Origin: an uncultured Anaerolineae bacterium
Lineage (GTDB): Bacteria; Chloroflexota; Anaerolineae; Aggregatilineales; UBA3940
Direction: 5' to 3'
DNA: 64,000 nucleotides
Assembly: GCA_964439625.1 (NCBI GenBank)
Contig: CAYTPI010000001.1
Location: 80,944-144,943, forward strand
The position numbers were made by a program, and so were the translations under genes. Below the pieces are notes generated by a model. It searched no databases, was not told the DNA's origin, and saw nothing but the letters and a program-made list of their open reading frames with translations. Positions 55,603 to 64,000 of the stretch are shown in pieces (position 1 is the first letter of the stretch; every line of letters begins with the position of its first letter).

Positions 55603-57741
55603 ATGGTCGAACATAATAACCATACTGCGAATCATGTCACTAAAGATACCGAGGAGATCGTGACGGCTGTGGCCCTTAAACCAGCCGAGCGCCTTTCTGA
55701 TGGGGCATTTACCGTTCCTGACCTGCCGATGCACTACGTCGAACGAGCAGAGCAGACTGAAGCGCGCCGACTGTTGTTAAGTCAACAGCGCCAAGGGGCT
55801 ACCTTGACGCCAATCCTTATAACAGGCGTGGCTGGCGCGGGTAAGACGACTTTGGCAACCGCACTTGCGCATGACCCTGAAATTCAGGATGCATACCCGC
55901 ATGGAGTCCTCTGGACGACACTCGGTGAGGGTGTCGATATCCAGATCGCCCAGTCAAGCTGGGGCAAGATGCTGGGTAAGGACCTGAGCTACCTGCCAGA
56001 TGCCGCCAGCCGTGCCAGTGCCCTGCGGGATGCATTGAAATCGAAGCGCTATCTATTGGTGATCGATGGGGTCACCAGTGTAGAGCAAGTGCGCCTGCTG
56101 AGTGTGGGTGGGGCCAATAGTGCCCGCTTAGTCATCTCTGACGATGCCAGCGAAGAATTGCAAGCACTGCGGGCCCATCGCATTAACATCGACCAAATGC
56201 GCGAACCTGAAGCGCTTGAGCTGCTCACTCGCTGGGCTGGGATGCTCTCCGATGTGTACCTGCCAACCGTCAAGGAAATTATAAAGCGACTCGGTGGCCT
56301 CCCCTTGACCATCGCTCTGGTCGGCGGGCAAGCGCGTCAAGGGATCACTTGGCTGCGCCTACTGGAGGTTTTACGCGATGACCAAGGCGGCATTGCTAAT
56401 CTTAATGCGCAGTCCGAGGCGGTGCGGACGAATGCGCTGGGGTTGGTAGTTAACCTTGTCCTATCGCGCTTTGGTGGGCAGGAGGTTCGGCGTGCGTCAC
56501 TCTTGGGCGCTTTCGCTGCTGGGGCTAATGCACCGTTTTCGGTGGGGGCGGCTGCTGCCTGTTGGGGCATGCGCTACGACGAAGCGCGCCAAACGCTGCA
56601 ACTGCTTTTTGAGAATGCCATTATCCAGCGCCTCCCAGATGACCTCTACGTCCTTCATCCGGCCTTGTCACAGCATTTACGCAAAGCTGCGATTGATAGC
56701 CACCTGGTGCAAGCACAGAAGCGCATTCAAAGCTATTACACCAACTTGGTTGACCGTCGGTTGGAAGCTGCCAAGCAAATCGATGCTCAGATCAGCCAGA
56801 TCATGGTGGTCTTTGAGCGTATCGCCAGCGAGAATCCCAATCAAGCGAGTCTATTCGCCGACTCATTGATCGATTATTTTGAGCAAAAAGGCTTGTGGGG
56901 CAGCCTGGTGCAACTGGCTGACAGCATCGTCGATAAGGCCCATGCTGAGGGCAATGTCATGCTGGAGCATCACTTCCTGAACGACTCGGGTTATGCCTAC
57001 ACCATGCTCGGTGACCTGATACAGGCTAGGGTACGCTTTAATCGTTCACTGGAGGTGAGTAAAGCCCTCGGCGATCCGGTCGGTGAGGCCAACGCACTCA
57101 ACAACCTTGGCGCTATTGCCGAACGCAACAGTGATTATGCAACGGCTGAAACCTACTACCAGACCAGCAAGGCCATCCGCGAGCGCATTGGTGATAAGGA
57201 AGAGATTGCCGAGACGTTGAACAACATCGCTGGGGTGCAGTACCAGCAAAGCCGCTACTTTGACGCCCTAAGTACCTTTGAGCGCGTGTTGGATATTTTC
57301 GAGACGCTGGGGGAACGTCAGCGCCAAGCGCAGGCGTTGCTGAATTTCGGTGCTGTCCATGAGCAGATTGGCAACGACAGTGATGCGCTTGCAGCATACC
57401 AGCGCAGCCTCGCGATCTATGCCAATATCGGTGACGACAGCGGGCGCTCACAAGCTCTGAATAACATCGGCATTGTCTACTTCAACATAGGAGATACACA
57501 GCGCGCACTCGATCATTTTCAGCGCAGCCTGATCTTAAAAGAAAAATTGAGCGACCGGCACGGGCAAGCCCTGACGCTTAATAACATCGCTTTGCTCTAC
57601 GAGATGCGCGGTACCATGACGGCTGCCCTCGAACAGTATGAGCAGGCTTACAAGCTGCTCGAGTCCCTGGATGACCCCCGCGCAAAGGTTGTTGGCGAGA
57701 ACATCAACGTCTTGCGCAAAAAGATGAACATCCTCAGCTAG
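55603..57741 (+). CDS. STAND NTPase: NB-ARC-like P-loop domain plus C-terminal TPR array
   Basis: Walker A GVAGAGKTTLA, Walker B YLLVIDGV, then RLVISDD. At least 7 TPR units of the type A...NNLG.(V/I)Y...G....AL..(Y/F)..(S/A)L.I. Only about 70 aa lie N-terminal to the P-loop, so no effector domain. Confidence 0.85.
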   Translation: MVEHNNHTANHVTKDTEEIVTAVALKPAERLSDGAFTVPDLPMHYVERAEQTEARRLLLSQQRQGATLTPILITGVAGAGKTTLATALAHDPEIQDAYPHGVLWTTLGEGVDIQIAQSSWGKMLGKDLSYLPDAASRASALRDALKSKRYLLVIDGVTSVEQVRLLSVGGANSARLVISDDASEELQALRAHRINIDQMREPEALELLTRWAGMLSDVYLPTVKEIIKRLGGLPLTIALVGGQARQGITWLRLLEVLRDDQGGIANLNAQSEAVRTNALGLVVNLVLSRFGGQEVRRASLLGAFAAGANAPFSVGAAAACWGMRYDEARQTLQLLFENAIIQRLPDDLYVLHPALSQHLRKAAIDSHLVQAQKRIQSYYTNLVDRRLEAAKQIDAQISQIMVVFERIASENPNQASLFADSLIDYFEQKGLWGSLVQLADSIVDKAHAEGNVMLEHHFLNDSGYAYTMLGDLIQARVRFNRSLEVSKALGDPVGEANALNNLGAIAERNSDYATAETYYQTSKAIRERIGDKEEIAETLNNIAGVQYQQSRYFDALSTFERVLDIFETLGERQRQAQALLNFGAVHEQIGNDSDALAAYQRSLAIYANIGDDSGRSQALNNIGIVYFNIGDTQRALDHFQRSLILKEKLSDRHGQALTLNNIALLYEMRGTMTAALEQYEQAYKLLESLDDPRAKVVGENINVLRKKMNILS

Positions 57742-57766
57742 GCGCGTCACCTCGCGTTCAGTGCGG

Positions 57767-58657
57767 TCAACATAACTCGATGTGGCTTTCGAGCCGGGCC
57801 AACTCTCTTTCGAGTTTGTGGCGCTTCTGAGCGTACTCGTCTTTAAGACGCTTATTGGTCAGCAGTGGGGAGGCGTCATCAATGTGGCGCAGTTCCTTTT
57901 TCATGTCAGGAATTGACTCTGAGACCGAGAAATACTCCTGGAAGCTGCTTAAGCGCTGCAATACCTCAAAAGCATGATCAGAGAGCTCGTCGATTGCGCT
58001 CTGCAACAGATCTAACTCTCGTCGAACTTTGTTAGGGACTGATATCACCGACGATTGCCATAGACGGGCTCAGGCTTTGTACTGAGTTGGTGTCAGCACC
58101 GTCAGAAAGAACGACGATTGCCCCGATATGGTCTGGATCGCCACTTTCTTGGAGAACATTGTAACCAAACGCCACGCCATCATATAAGCACGTGCCGAAA
58201 CATTCGATCACCCTGGATACACGCTGGCTAAGCTCTGCACGTTTTGGCCCGAGTTCAGTTAATTCGCTCAGCGTGATCAACTCTTCGTTGAACAACACGA
58301 CGGATAGCCTATCGCGGTCATCGAGAAGCTCAATGAACTGTAACAGACCGCGGTACGCGCTGCCGATATCCTTGCGCCGCTCATATTGCCTGAGATATTC
58401 ATCACAACAACGAGGTCAACAGGCTTTTTAACGTCTTCCCAAAGCTCCCAAGCCTCAAACAGTACGTCTGCTTCTGGCACTTCTAGCACGGTTTGCGGCT
58501 GCGCGGGGTCAATGCCATGTGCTGCGTTCAGCTCACGTAGTGGCGCATATGCAATTGAACGAATAGAGGGAAGCACTAATGCTGTAACAAAAACGCCGAG
58601 CATCAGCAACGTGTAGAGAATGAGCAGGGTAAGGTTGAGGCGAAATCTGCCGGACAT
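57767..58657 (-). pseudogene. Membrane-anchored vWA-domain gene broken by a frameshift (three overlapping ORF fragments)
   Basis: ORF 58277-58657 encodes a TM anchor plus the vWA start VDLVVVMNISGNMSGA, then turns into nonsense. The adjacent frame continues as KDIGSAYRGLLQFIELLDDRDRLSVVLFNEELITLSEL...GTCLYDG...AIVVLSDGADTNS (ORF 58032-58298). The shift lies near 58371-58376. A third fragment (57767-58048) is a coiled-coil tail in yet another frame. Confidence 0.6.
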
Positions 58658-58802
58658 ACATTTCCCGCTTATAGACTATTGACAGTTGTCGGCGAGGCTA
58701 ATAACGCAGCTTCAATTTATGTTATACAAAGTACCCTTACTATAGCTAACTGGCATAACGGATTGATAAGCTTCGTGATTAAACGCACTTCAAAATTAGG
58801 AG

Positions 58803-60497
58803 GTGCTACCCCTGTTGCGCCGAATTCTGGCTCGTTTTACCATCGGAGTAATGAATCTTTTGCTTCCACAGCGGGGTCGGGTACGAGAAATGAGTTATGT
58901 AATGATCGGCGCGTTGGTGTTGTTTGCCGCAAATGTCTTCCTGGCATTGGTCTCTATCTTGATCCGGCGGACGCGCACGACCACACGCAAGCTAGCGCAA
59001 CCCGCCCAGGTGATCGTCGGCAGCCCAGTGTTAGTGAACAGGCAAGCAGACGCTCCACCCCAGAAGAATGCCTCAGCACAGACTCAAGCCAGCCGCCCCA
59101 CATTGCAATCTATTACAGTTCCGTTCTCCGAACCCTCAATTAATGCGTCAGAGAGTGCAGCCGCAAAAGGTGCCCTGATCACGGCTGCCTTGCAGCCTAC
59201 AGACTTTCGCTCATTGGGTTTACCGCCCATGGCCCAAGGGGTAACGACCTATGTATTTGGTGATGATCTGTTTGATGAGTCTTTTTCGATCACCGATGCC
59301 TCTGGTGATCTACTAGCAGAGATGGGCGTCGCCGTGTCCGAAGGTGTTGATTGGGAAGATGGTAAGAACATCGTTGCCTTTGAACTATGGTTATTTGATG
59401 CCAAAAGTGGTGAAACCAATGCTCAAATCTTGCTGACCCCCGCTGGCTTTGAGACGGCCGCTATTCGCCGCCGCTTCGAGAAACAAGGCCACGTCAATGC
59501 GGCTACCAACGACCTCTGGCTGACGCTGCAATCGAAAAATATTACCGTGCGTGCACGTGTCGTTAACGTCAAAATACGACCTGACACGGATGTGCCGGAC
59601 ATTATCTTTGAACGCTTGATCATTGAAATGGCAGCGTGGCCCAACGACGGTAGTGCCCCGGTGATTGGTCTTGAAGATATGCCTGATACGGAACCAGTTG
59701 CCCTCGAGCCTGATATTGAAACACCGCCCACCAAACTAGTAGCAGCCGGGCCACACATCTATCAGCAGAAGATTGAAGCCAGTTACACCGTAGAATATGC
59801 CTCGCGAGTTTATCTTGGTCAGCCATTTACGGTTGTTGTGCAATTTGGTACACCTGACTCTCAACGTAAGGCACACGCAACCATCAAGCGGCGGAGTGGG
59901 TCGAATGAGAAAGATGTTGGTGTTGAGCAAGTAACGTTTACCCATGAGACGTATCAAGAGCCAACCATACTGCCTCAGTTTGAGCCTGAAGTGCAGATAA
60001 ACGTGCGTGGCAGCGAGTTCGAATTCCAAATCCCGATTCAACAGCGCAGCTTCAAATTGAGAAATGGATTGGGCACTCGCCTTGAGTTTGACGTCAAACC
60101 GTTGGATACTGGCTCGCTGCTGCTATTGGTCGAGACGGTCTACTTGGGGCAGAAATATGTACCGGAACGTGAACTCGGCACGACCATCATGAAGAACCCG
60201 GAGACAGGCGAAGTTGAGAGTATGAGCACACGTAAGGCACCCAGCGGTTACTATTCTGATCCGCAAACAGTCGCTCGTGAGACACTCAACGTGCGCGTCC
60301 AAACCATTTTGGGCTTTCAGCCGGGGGCGCTGAACTTCCTGACGTGGTTTCTTGGCCTGCTAAATGTATTGATATACGTCTTGATAGGTGCGTTCAGCTT
60401 GACAGCACTGGACGGAGCCAACGCAATAATCGCGATTACCGCCTCAACTGCCGCTACCGTACCGCTGCTGACTGCAACGATTGTCAGTCAGCGTTGA
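58803..60497 (+). CDS. Orphan membrane protein, unknown function
   Basis: 564 aa with an N-terminal TM (YVMIGALVLFAANVFLALVSILI), a Q/P/A-rich linker, two soluble beta-rich regions split by a Pro-rich spacer, and two C-terminal TM helices. The start is uncertain: GTG at 58803 abuts AGGAGG, and in-frame TTG 58815 or ATG 58851 are alternatives. Confidence 0.6.
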   Translation: MLPLLRRILARFTIGVMNLLLPQRGRVREMSYVMIGALVLFAANVFLALVSILIRRTRTTTRKLAQPAQVIVGSPVLVNRQADAPPQKNASAQTQASRPTLQSITVPFSEPSINASESAAAKGALITAALQPTDFRSLGLPPMAQGVTTYVFGDDLFDESFSITDASGDLLAEMGVAVSEGVDWEDGKNIVAFELWLFDAKSGETNAQILLTPAGFETAAIRRRFEKQGHVNAATNDLWLTLQSKNITVRARVVNVKIRPDTDVPDIIFERLIIEMAAWPNDGSAPVIGLEDMPDTEPVALEPDIETPPTKLVAAGPHIYQQKIEASYTVEYASRVYLGQPFTVVVQFGTPDSQRKAHATIKRRSGSNEKDVGVEQVTFTHETYQEPTILPQFEPEVQINVRGSEFEFQIPIQQRSFKLRNGLGTRLEFDVKPLDTGSLLLLVETVYLGQKYVPERELGTTIMKNPETGEVESMSTRKAPSGYYSDPQTVARETLNVRVQTILGFQPGALNFLTWFLGLLNVLIYVLIGAFSLTALDGANAIIAITASTAATVPLLTATIVSQR

Positions 60498-60503
60498 TGT
60501 TGC

Positions 60504-61118
60504 TTACTCATCAAGCCAGTCCGGCATAACGCGTCCCGCCGTCAGGTTTTGCAGCATTGGCTCGAAGCTGCCAATCTGGTCAACGGCAAAGCGCACCAGC
60601 AGCACGACGTTAACGCCGAACTGCTCATCAACAATCTCCCCTTGATGCTCTGCAATGAGCAGCTTAACTTGCTCATAGAGTGGGTAGGGTATGGTTAAGT
60701 CGCTAAGTTTTGTAGCGATGCGCTCGGTTAATTTCACTGCTTTAATCGCCTCTTTGGTCATCTGCGTGTAGGCACGGACAAGGCCACCGGTCCCCAACTT
60801 TTGACCACCAAAATAGCGCGTGACTACAACCGCAACATCACCGATATTTTCTCCTCGTAACACAGTCAATGCAGGACGCCCTGCCGTGCCTGCAGGTTCG
60901 CCGTCGTCGCTTGCTCCTTCGATGACACTGGAACCATAGCCCGCTCGGAACGCATGGACATTGTGCGTGGCGTCGGCGAACTCGTTTCGCATTTCATCAA
61001 TGAAGACCTTTGCTGCCTCAGCCGTAGGTGCAGCGTCAATCGTCGAGATGAAGCGCGAGCCGCCGATGACAAGCTCAAAACGCGCACGGCCCGCAGGGAT
61101 CGGGTAGCGGTCACTCAT
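60504..61118 (-). CDS. yigZ: YigZ / IMPACT-family protein (UPF0029)
   Basis: SRFISTIDAAPTAEAAKVFIDEMRNEFADATHNVHAFRAGY...DDGEPAGTAGRPAL...VVVTRYFGGQKLGTGGLVRAY. Confidence 0.85.
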   Translation of the reverse strand: MSDRYPIPAGRARFELVIGGSRFISTIDAAPTAEAAKVFIDEMRNEFADATHNVHAFRAGYGSSVIEGASDDGEPAGTAGRPALTVLRGENIGDVAVVVTRYFGGQKLGTGGLVRAYTQMTKEAIKAVKLTERIATKLSDLTIPYPLYEQVKLLIAEHQGEIVDEQFGVNVVLLVRFAVDQIGSFEPMLQNLTAGRVMPDWLDE

Positions 61119-62568
61119 TGTGTAGGGTTTTCTCGGCTTCGGATTTTGTCTCCCAGAGCCAATCCCTCACTGCCACGGTGGCGTGGCAGTCTTCCTCGTT
61201 ATAGTGCAGAATGCGGTTGATGTAGGTGCGGTCGCCGTTCTCCAGCCAATGGATGAAGTCCAGCACGGAGTCGCCGCCGGAGGTTGTTTCACTATCCCAA
61301 CTGAAGCCGAGCCAAGGTGCAACAGCTTTGAGCGAATAGCTTCGCAGTGGTAGCGCGATTGACTTCTTGATCGCCTTTTCGAGGTTCACCAATCGATCCA
61401 TTAGTCGCTCAGCACGTTCGGTGCCGCCATGGCGCTCGGTCAATTGCTTAATGGCTGTCTTCTCGTAAGCGCCATAGTGGTAGACGTGTGCGCCCTTATG
61501 GCCGAGGAATGCATCCAACCGCGCCAAAAAACTGAGCCACATGAGGCCTTCGTCGGCAGGTTTTTCTGCTAGGTCATATTCATAAACCCATGTGCCGTCT
61601 CGCTTGACGACGTAGCCCATCAGGTAATGAAACTGTTCATTGGGGATTGACTCGATATCATAAAAAACGTCATAGGGCGAGGGCGCAGGCAACTTGATCT
61701 TCTTAAAGATGATGGCTTCATCATTCGTGAGGGCCTGCGCATGACGCAATATCTTATCCGCGACTTTGTCCCCGACCCCTTTGATGTTCAGTAACTCCTC
61801 GCGCGGGATGTTGGTTACATCGCTAATGCGACCTCTGTTCTGCGTGTGAAGCATCTGCCAGACCGTGCGCCGCATACCCGGTAGCAGGGAGGCATCGTGA
61901 TTTTCCTCGGCGATTTGCGTACAAAAGCTTTGCCAACCGCACATTTTGCAAACCGACGAAATGAACGGCTTCCGTTCTTCACCAGCAGCTAATAGGCGCG
62001 TTTCCGCAAGGTAAGCATTAAACAGCGGGGCGTCAAACTTGACGATCTCTTCCGTAAACAAGCCGACCGCATCTTTCGCATCTTTGAGATACAAACTGCC
62101 GACTGGGCGTACTGTTTGAATTTGCTCCAATAGCCACGCATAGCACATCACTTGGAGGCGGTGGCCTTTCTTTGATTTTGACGCCAGTTTAATATCTACA
62201 GGCCGGTAAATATGCGTGCCAAGCGCTGACGCTACATCGTCCACACGGATTAGTAAGTCCGGCACACCGACTACATCATCGTGCAGCAGCACCCCCTGGT
62301 AGATGATCTTTGCCCCATTTTGCATGAGTTCGAGTGTTTGCTGCCAACCAGTTTCGAGGTCGCCGATGATGTAAGCTGGTTTTTCAACTTTTAGTGTCGC
62401 CACCACCCGATCCTCGAAGGCCTCACCTTCCGCCGCCAAGTACTTTTGATACTCTGATCGCTCATCGCGCAGGTTTTTGTCACGATTATGGTTCAGATAG
62501 ACCATGCGGTCGCACTCAGTGAGGGAATACAGATCAGTTGCTCGAATGGTGCGAGTAGGATTACTCAT
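61111..62568 (-). CDS. RecB-like nuclease, TM0106 family (PD-(D/E)xK plus Cys cluster, HhH, RNase-H-like C-domain)
   Basis: N-terminal Cas4/RecB-like core (DLYSLTECDRMVYL...GVPDLLIR...YRPVDIKLASK). Cys cluster CKMCGWQSFC. HhH (LLNIKGVGDKVADKIL). C-terminal DEDD-like FYDIES...H.YNEEDC. The ATG at 62568 follows GGGAGT; the track ORF extends to 62622. Confidence 0.75.
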   Translation of the reverse strand: MSNPTRTIRATDLYSLTECDRMVYLNHNRDKNLRDERSEYQKYLAAEGEAFEDRVVATLKVEKPAYIIGDLETGWQQTLELMQNGAKIIYQGVLLHDDVVGVPDLLIRVDDVASALGTHIYRPVDIKLASKSKKGHRLQVMCYAWLLEQIQTVRPVGSLYLKDAKDAVGLFTEEIVKFDAPLFNAYLAETRLLAAGEERKPFISSVCKMCGWQSFCTQIAEENHDASLLPGMRRTVWQMLHTQNRGRISDVTNIPREELLNIKGVGDKVADKILRHAQALTNDEAIIFKKIKLPAPSPYDVFYDIESIPNEQFHYLMGYVVKRDGTWVYEYDLAEKPADEGLMWLSFLARLDAFLGHKGAHVYHYGAYEKTAIKQLTERHGGTERAERLMDRLVNLEKAIKKSIALPLRSYSLKAVAPWLGFSWDSETTSGGDSVLDFIHWLENGDRTYINRILHYNEEDCHATVAVRDWLWETKSEAEKTLHNE

Positions 62569-62706
62569 ATATGCTTTGTTACTCCCTGTGACTGGTATCA
62601 TAGCTACGATGATCACCGTCATCCGCTGTTATGATTGGGCACCCTGTTCAACATACTTTTGATGGATTATGCTAAGCGTAACCATAGAATACTATAGGAT
62701 TTAAAC

Positions 62707-63696
62707 ATGTTGACGTTAAATTATCGAATACTGACTGTATTTCTGCTCGTAGCGGCAGCTGTTTTAGTCGGGTGTAACACGCCAGAATTGGCAACACAAA
62801 CGTTTGCAACGGCAGAATTACTCTCTACAGAGACCAGTATAGTCGAAACAGAAGGCCAACAAGAACCGAATTCAACACCATTGACAGATGCGCAACCAAC
62901 TACCGTTGTTGAGTCCACTGTGATGCCAACAGTAGCAGCTTTTGCTACCGTTGAAGTGGTGCCTACCGTCAATGAAGTAGCCGAGGTTGAGCCAGCGCAG
63001 CCGTCCGCGCTCCGAAATGGTTGTTCAACTGGCGTGCAGTACGAGGCTTTGCCGTTTAATGATCTTGACCTTTGGTCGGTGTATCAGTCCGGTGTTGATG
63101 CCGACTACAGCGGAATTATTGCGTTTTGGCAGGCTACTTATCCACAGCAGTTTGGAACAGCTTTTCCGGGGGTCTGCCATACCGTCGAGTACACGCCAGA
63201 AACTGTGCCCTTTCAAGAGAGCTGTGTTACACCAGATCGAGCCGCGAACAACGCTTTTTATTGTCCATCTGTTAATGCCGTCATGTGGGATGGCCCGACC
63301 TTCTACCATCAAATATATAGTGACCTCGGCCCTGCCTCACTGACGTTTATTACAGCCCATGAATTTGGGCATGCCGTACAATTTCTCAGTGGAACACTCC
63401 CCGCCACCTCAGTAAATACTGAGCTTCAGGCGGACTGCTATGCAGGGGCCTATCTAGGATACGCGGCTAATCAAGGGTTGCTTACGCAAGAAGATGCCCG
63501 CGATGTTATCTTGATCGTCGCCGCCGTCGGGCAATCACGCTTTGGCTCAACTTGGTTGACGCGCAGTCACGGCACGTCGCTTCAACGTGAATTAGCCACG
63601 CAGCGTGGTTTTACAGATGGCGTTGCTGGTTGCCAGATCGATTTTAGTGAACCGATAAGACCCTTAGAGGAAAGAAACGGGCCACTTCGCCAATAA
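62707..63696 (+). CDS. Neutral zinc metallopeptidase (YpfJ-like) lipoprotein
   Basis: Lipobox LVGCN. HExxH in TAHEFGHAVQF, with the downstream TELQADCYAGAYLG typical of the YpfJ/PF04228 family. Confidence 0.8.
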   Translation: MLTLNYRILTVFLLVAAAVLVGCNTPELATQTFATAELLSTETSIVETEGQQEPNSTPLTDAQPTTVVESTVMPTVAAFATVEVVPTVNEVAEVEPAQPSALRNGCSTGVQYEALPFNDLDLWSVYQSGVDADYSGIIAFWQATYPQQFGTAFPGVCHTVEYTPETVPFQESCVTPDRAANNAFYCPSVNAVMWDGPTFYHQIYSDLGPASLTFITAHEFGHAVQFLSGTLPATSVNTELQADCYAGAYLGYAANQGLLTQEDARDVILIVAAVGQSRFGSTWLTRSHGTSLQRELATQRGFTDGVAGCQIDFSEPIRPLEERNGPLRQ

Positions 63697-63742
63697 CCAG
63701 CCGTGACAATAACTTTCCATTTCAGTCGGAAGTACTTACAAT

Positions 63743-64000
63743 GTGGGCACTTCAAATATTCTGGAAAAAGGTGCGATTGTGGCAAGAGAAAGAGCAGAGT
63801 CATTGCGAATGGCCGTCAATGAGGCGCGCCACGCTGGAGATATAGAAGCCGAAGTTGATGCAGCATATCATCTATCGCTGTTTAGAATCGAATCGCGAGA
63901 TTGGCGTCTTTTGGAGTCACTAGTAGAGGAATTTATTGGCGTCAATCGTACAGATAAAGAACGCTTTTACGCAGCGCACTGGTTGATGGAAATTCAAGAA
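63743..64000 (+). CDS. Partial ORF running off the window end, unknown function
   Basis: The frame is open from 63713 to 64000, with a possible GTG start at 63743: ...EKGAIVARERAESLRMAVNEARHAGDIEAEVDAAYHLSLFRIESRDWRLLESLVEEFIG... Helical, with no recognisable motif. Confidence 0.3.
   Translation, partial: MGTSNILEKGAIVARERAESLRMAVNEARHAGDIEAEVDAAYHLSLFRIESRDWRLLESLVEEFIGVNRTDKERFYAAHWLMEIQE

Noticed and set aside
58679-59143. A 154-aa + strand ORF overlapping the start of 58803-60497.
   Set aside because: It is in a different frame from the longer ORF, which has a proper TM/linker/domain layout. It has no RBS and an Arg/Ser-rich composition.

Overview
About 90% of this 64-kb chromosomal segment is coding. 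No searches were run, so every family call rests on motifs read by eye from the translations. Gene content points to a Chloroflexota-like bacterium, but that is inference only. The supporting traits are giant multi-GAF histidine kinases, a 4-domain S1 protein, a DUF348-G5-3D protein, a DUF2064/GT2 pair, frequent TTG/GTG starts and very tight or overlapping gene ends. Housekeeping anchors are rpsA, an SRP (4.5S-type) RNA at 4886-5012, and two tandem tRNA-Ser genes at 28473-28672. I saw no CRISPR array, transposase, integrase or phage genes. Signal transduction dominates the window: four histidine kinases (1138, 1482, 2486 and 387 aa), seven receiver domains, a PAS-GAF protein, a Hanks kinase and an NB-ARC/TPR STAND NTPase. 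I could not recognise a single DNA-binding output domain. The observations most worth a second look are: (1) A receiver-rich island at 28845-44053. It is headed by a 2486-aa kinase carrying a canonical LOV (NCRFLQ) blue-light module and four near-isotypic GAF cassettes. Next to it is a threonine-synthase-like PLP enzyme fused to two receivers, in an operon with stand-alone receivers. (2) A tandem pair of paralogous zinc-ribbon membrane proteins of unknown function at 9178-11747. (3) An operon of a DUF697-type GTPase and two polytopic multi-GAF kinases at 11767-20692. (4) Three tandem paralogous ABC-2-permease-like membrane proteins with no ATPase, followed by an effector-less STAND NTPase, a frameshifted vWA gene and an orphan 564-aa membrane protein (52885-60497). 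(5) A DUF2064/GT2 pair plus a catalytically degenerate DUF2064 paralog. (6) A TM0106-type RecB-like nuclease translationally coupled to YigZ/IMPACT.
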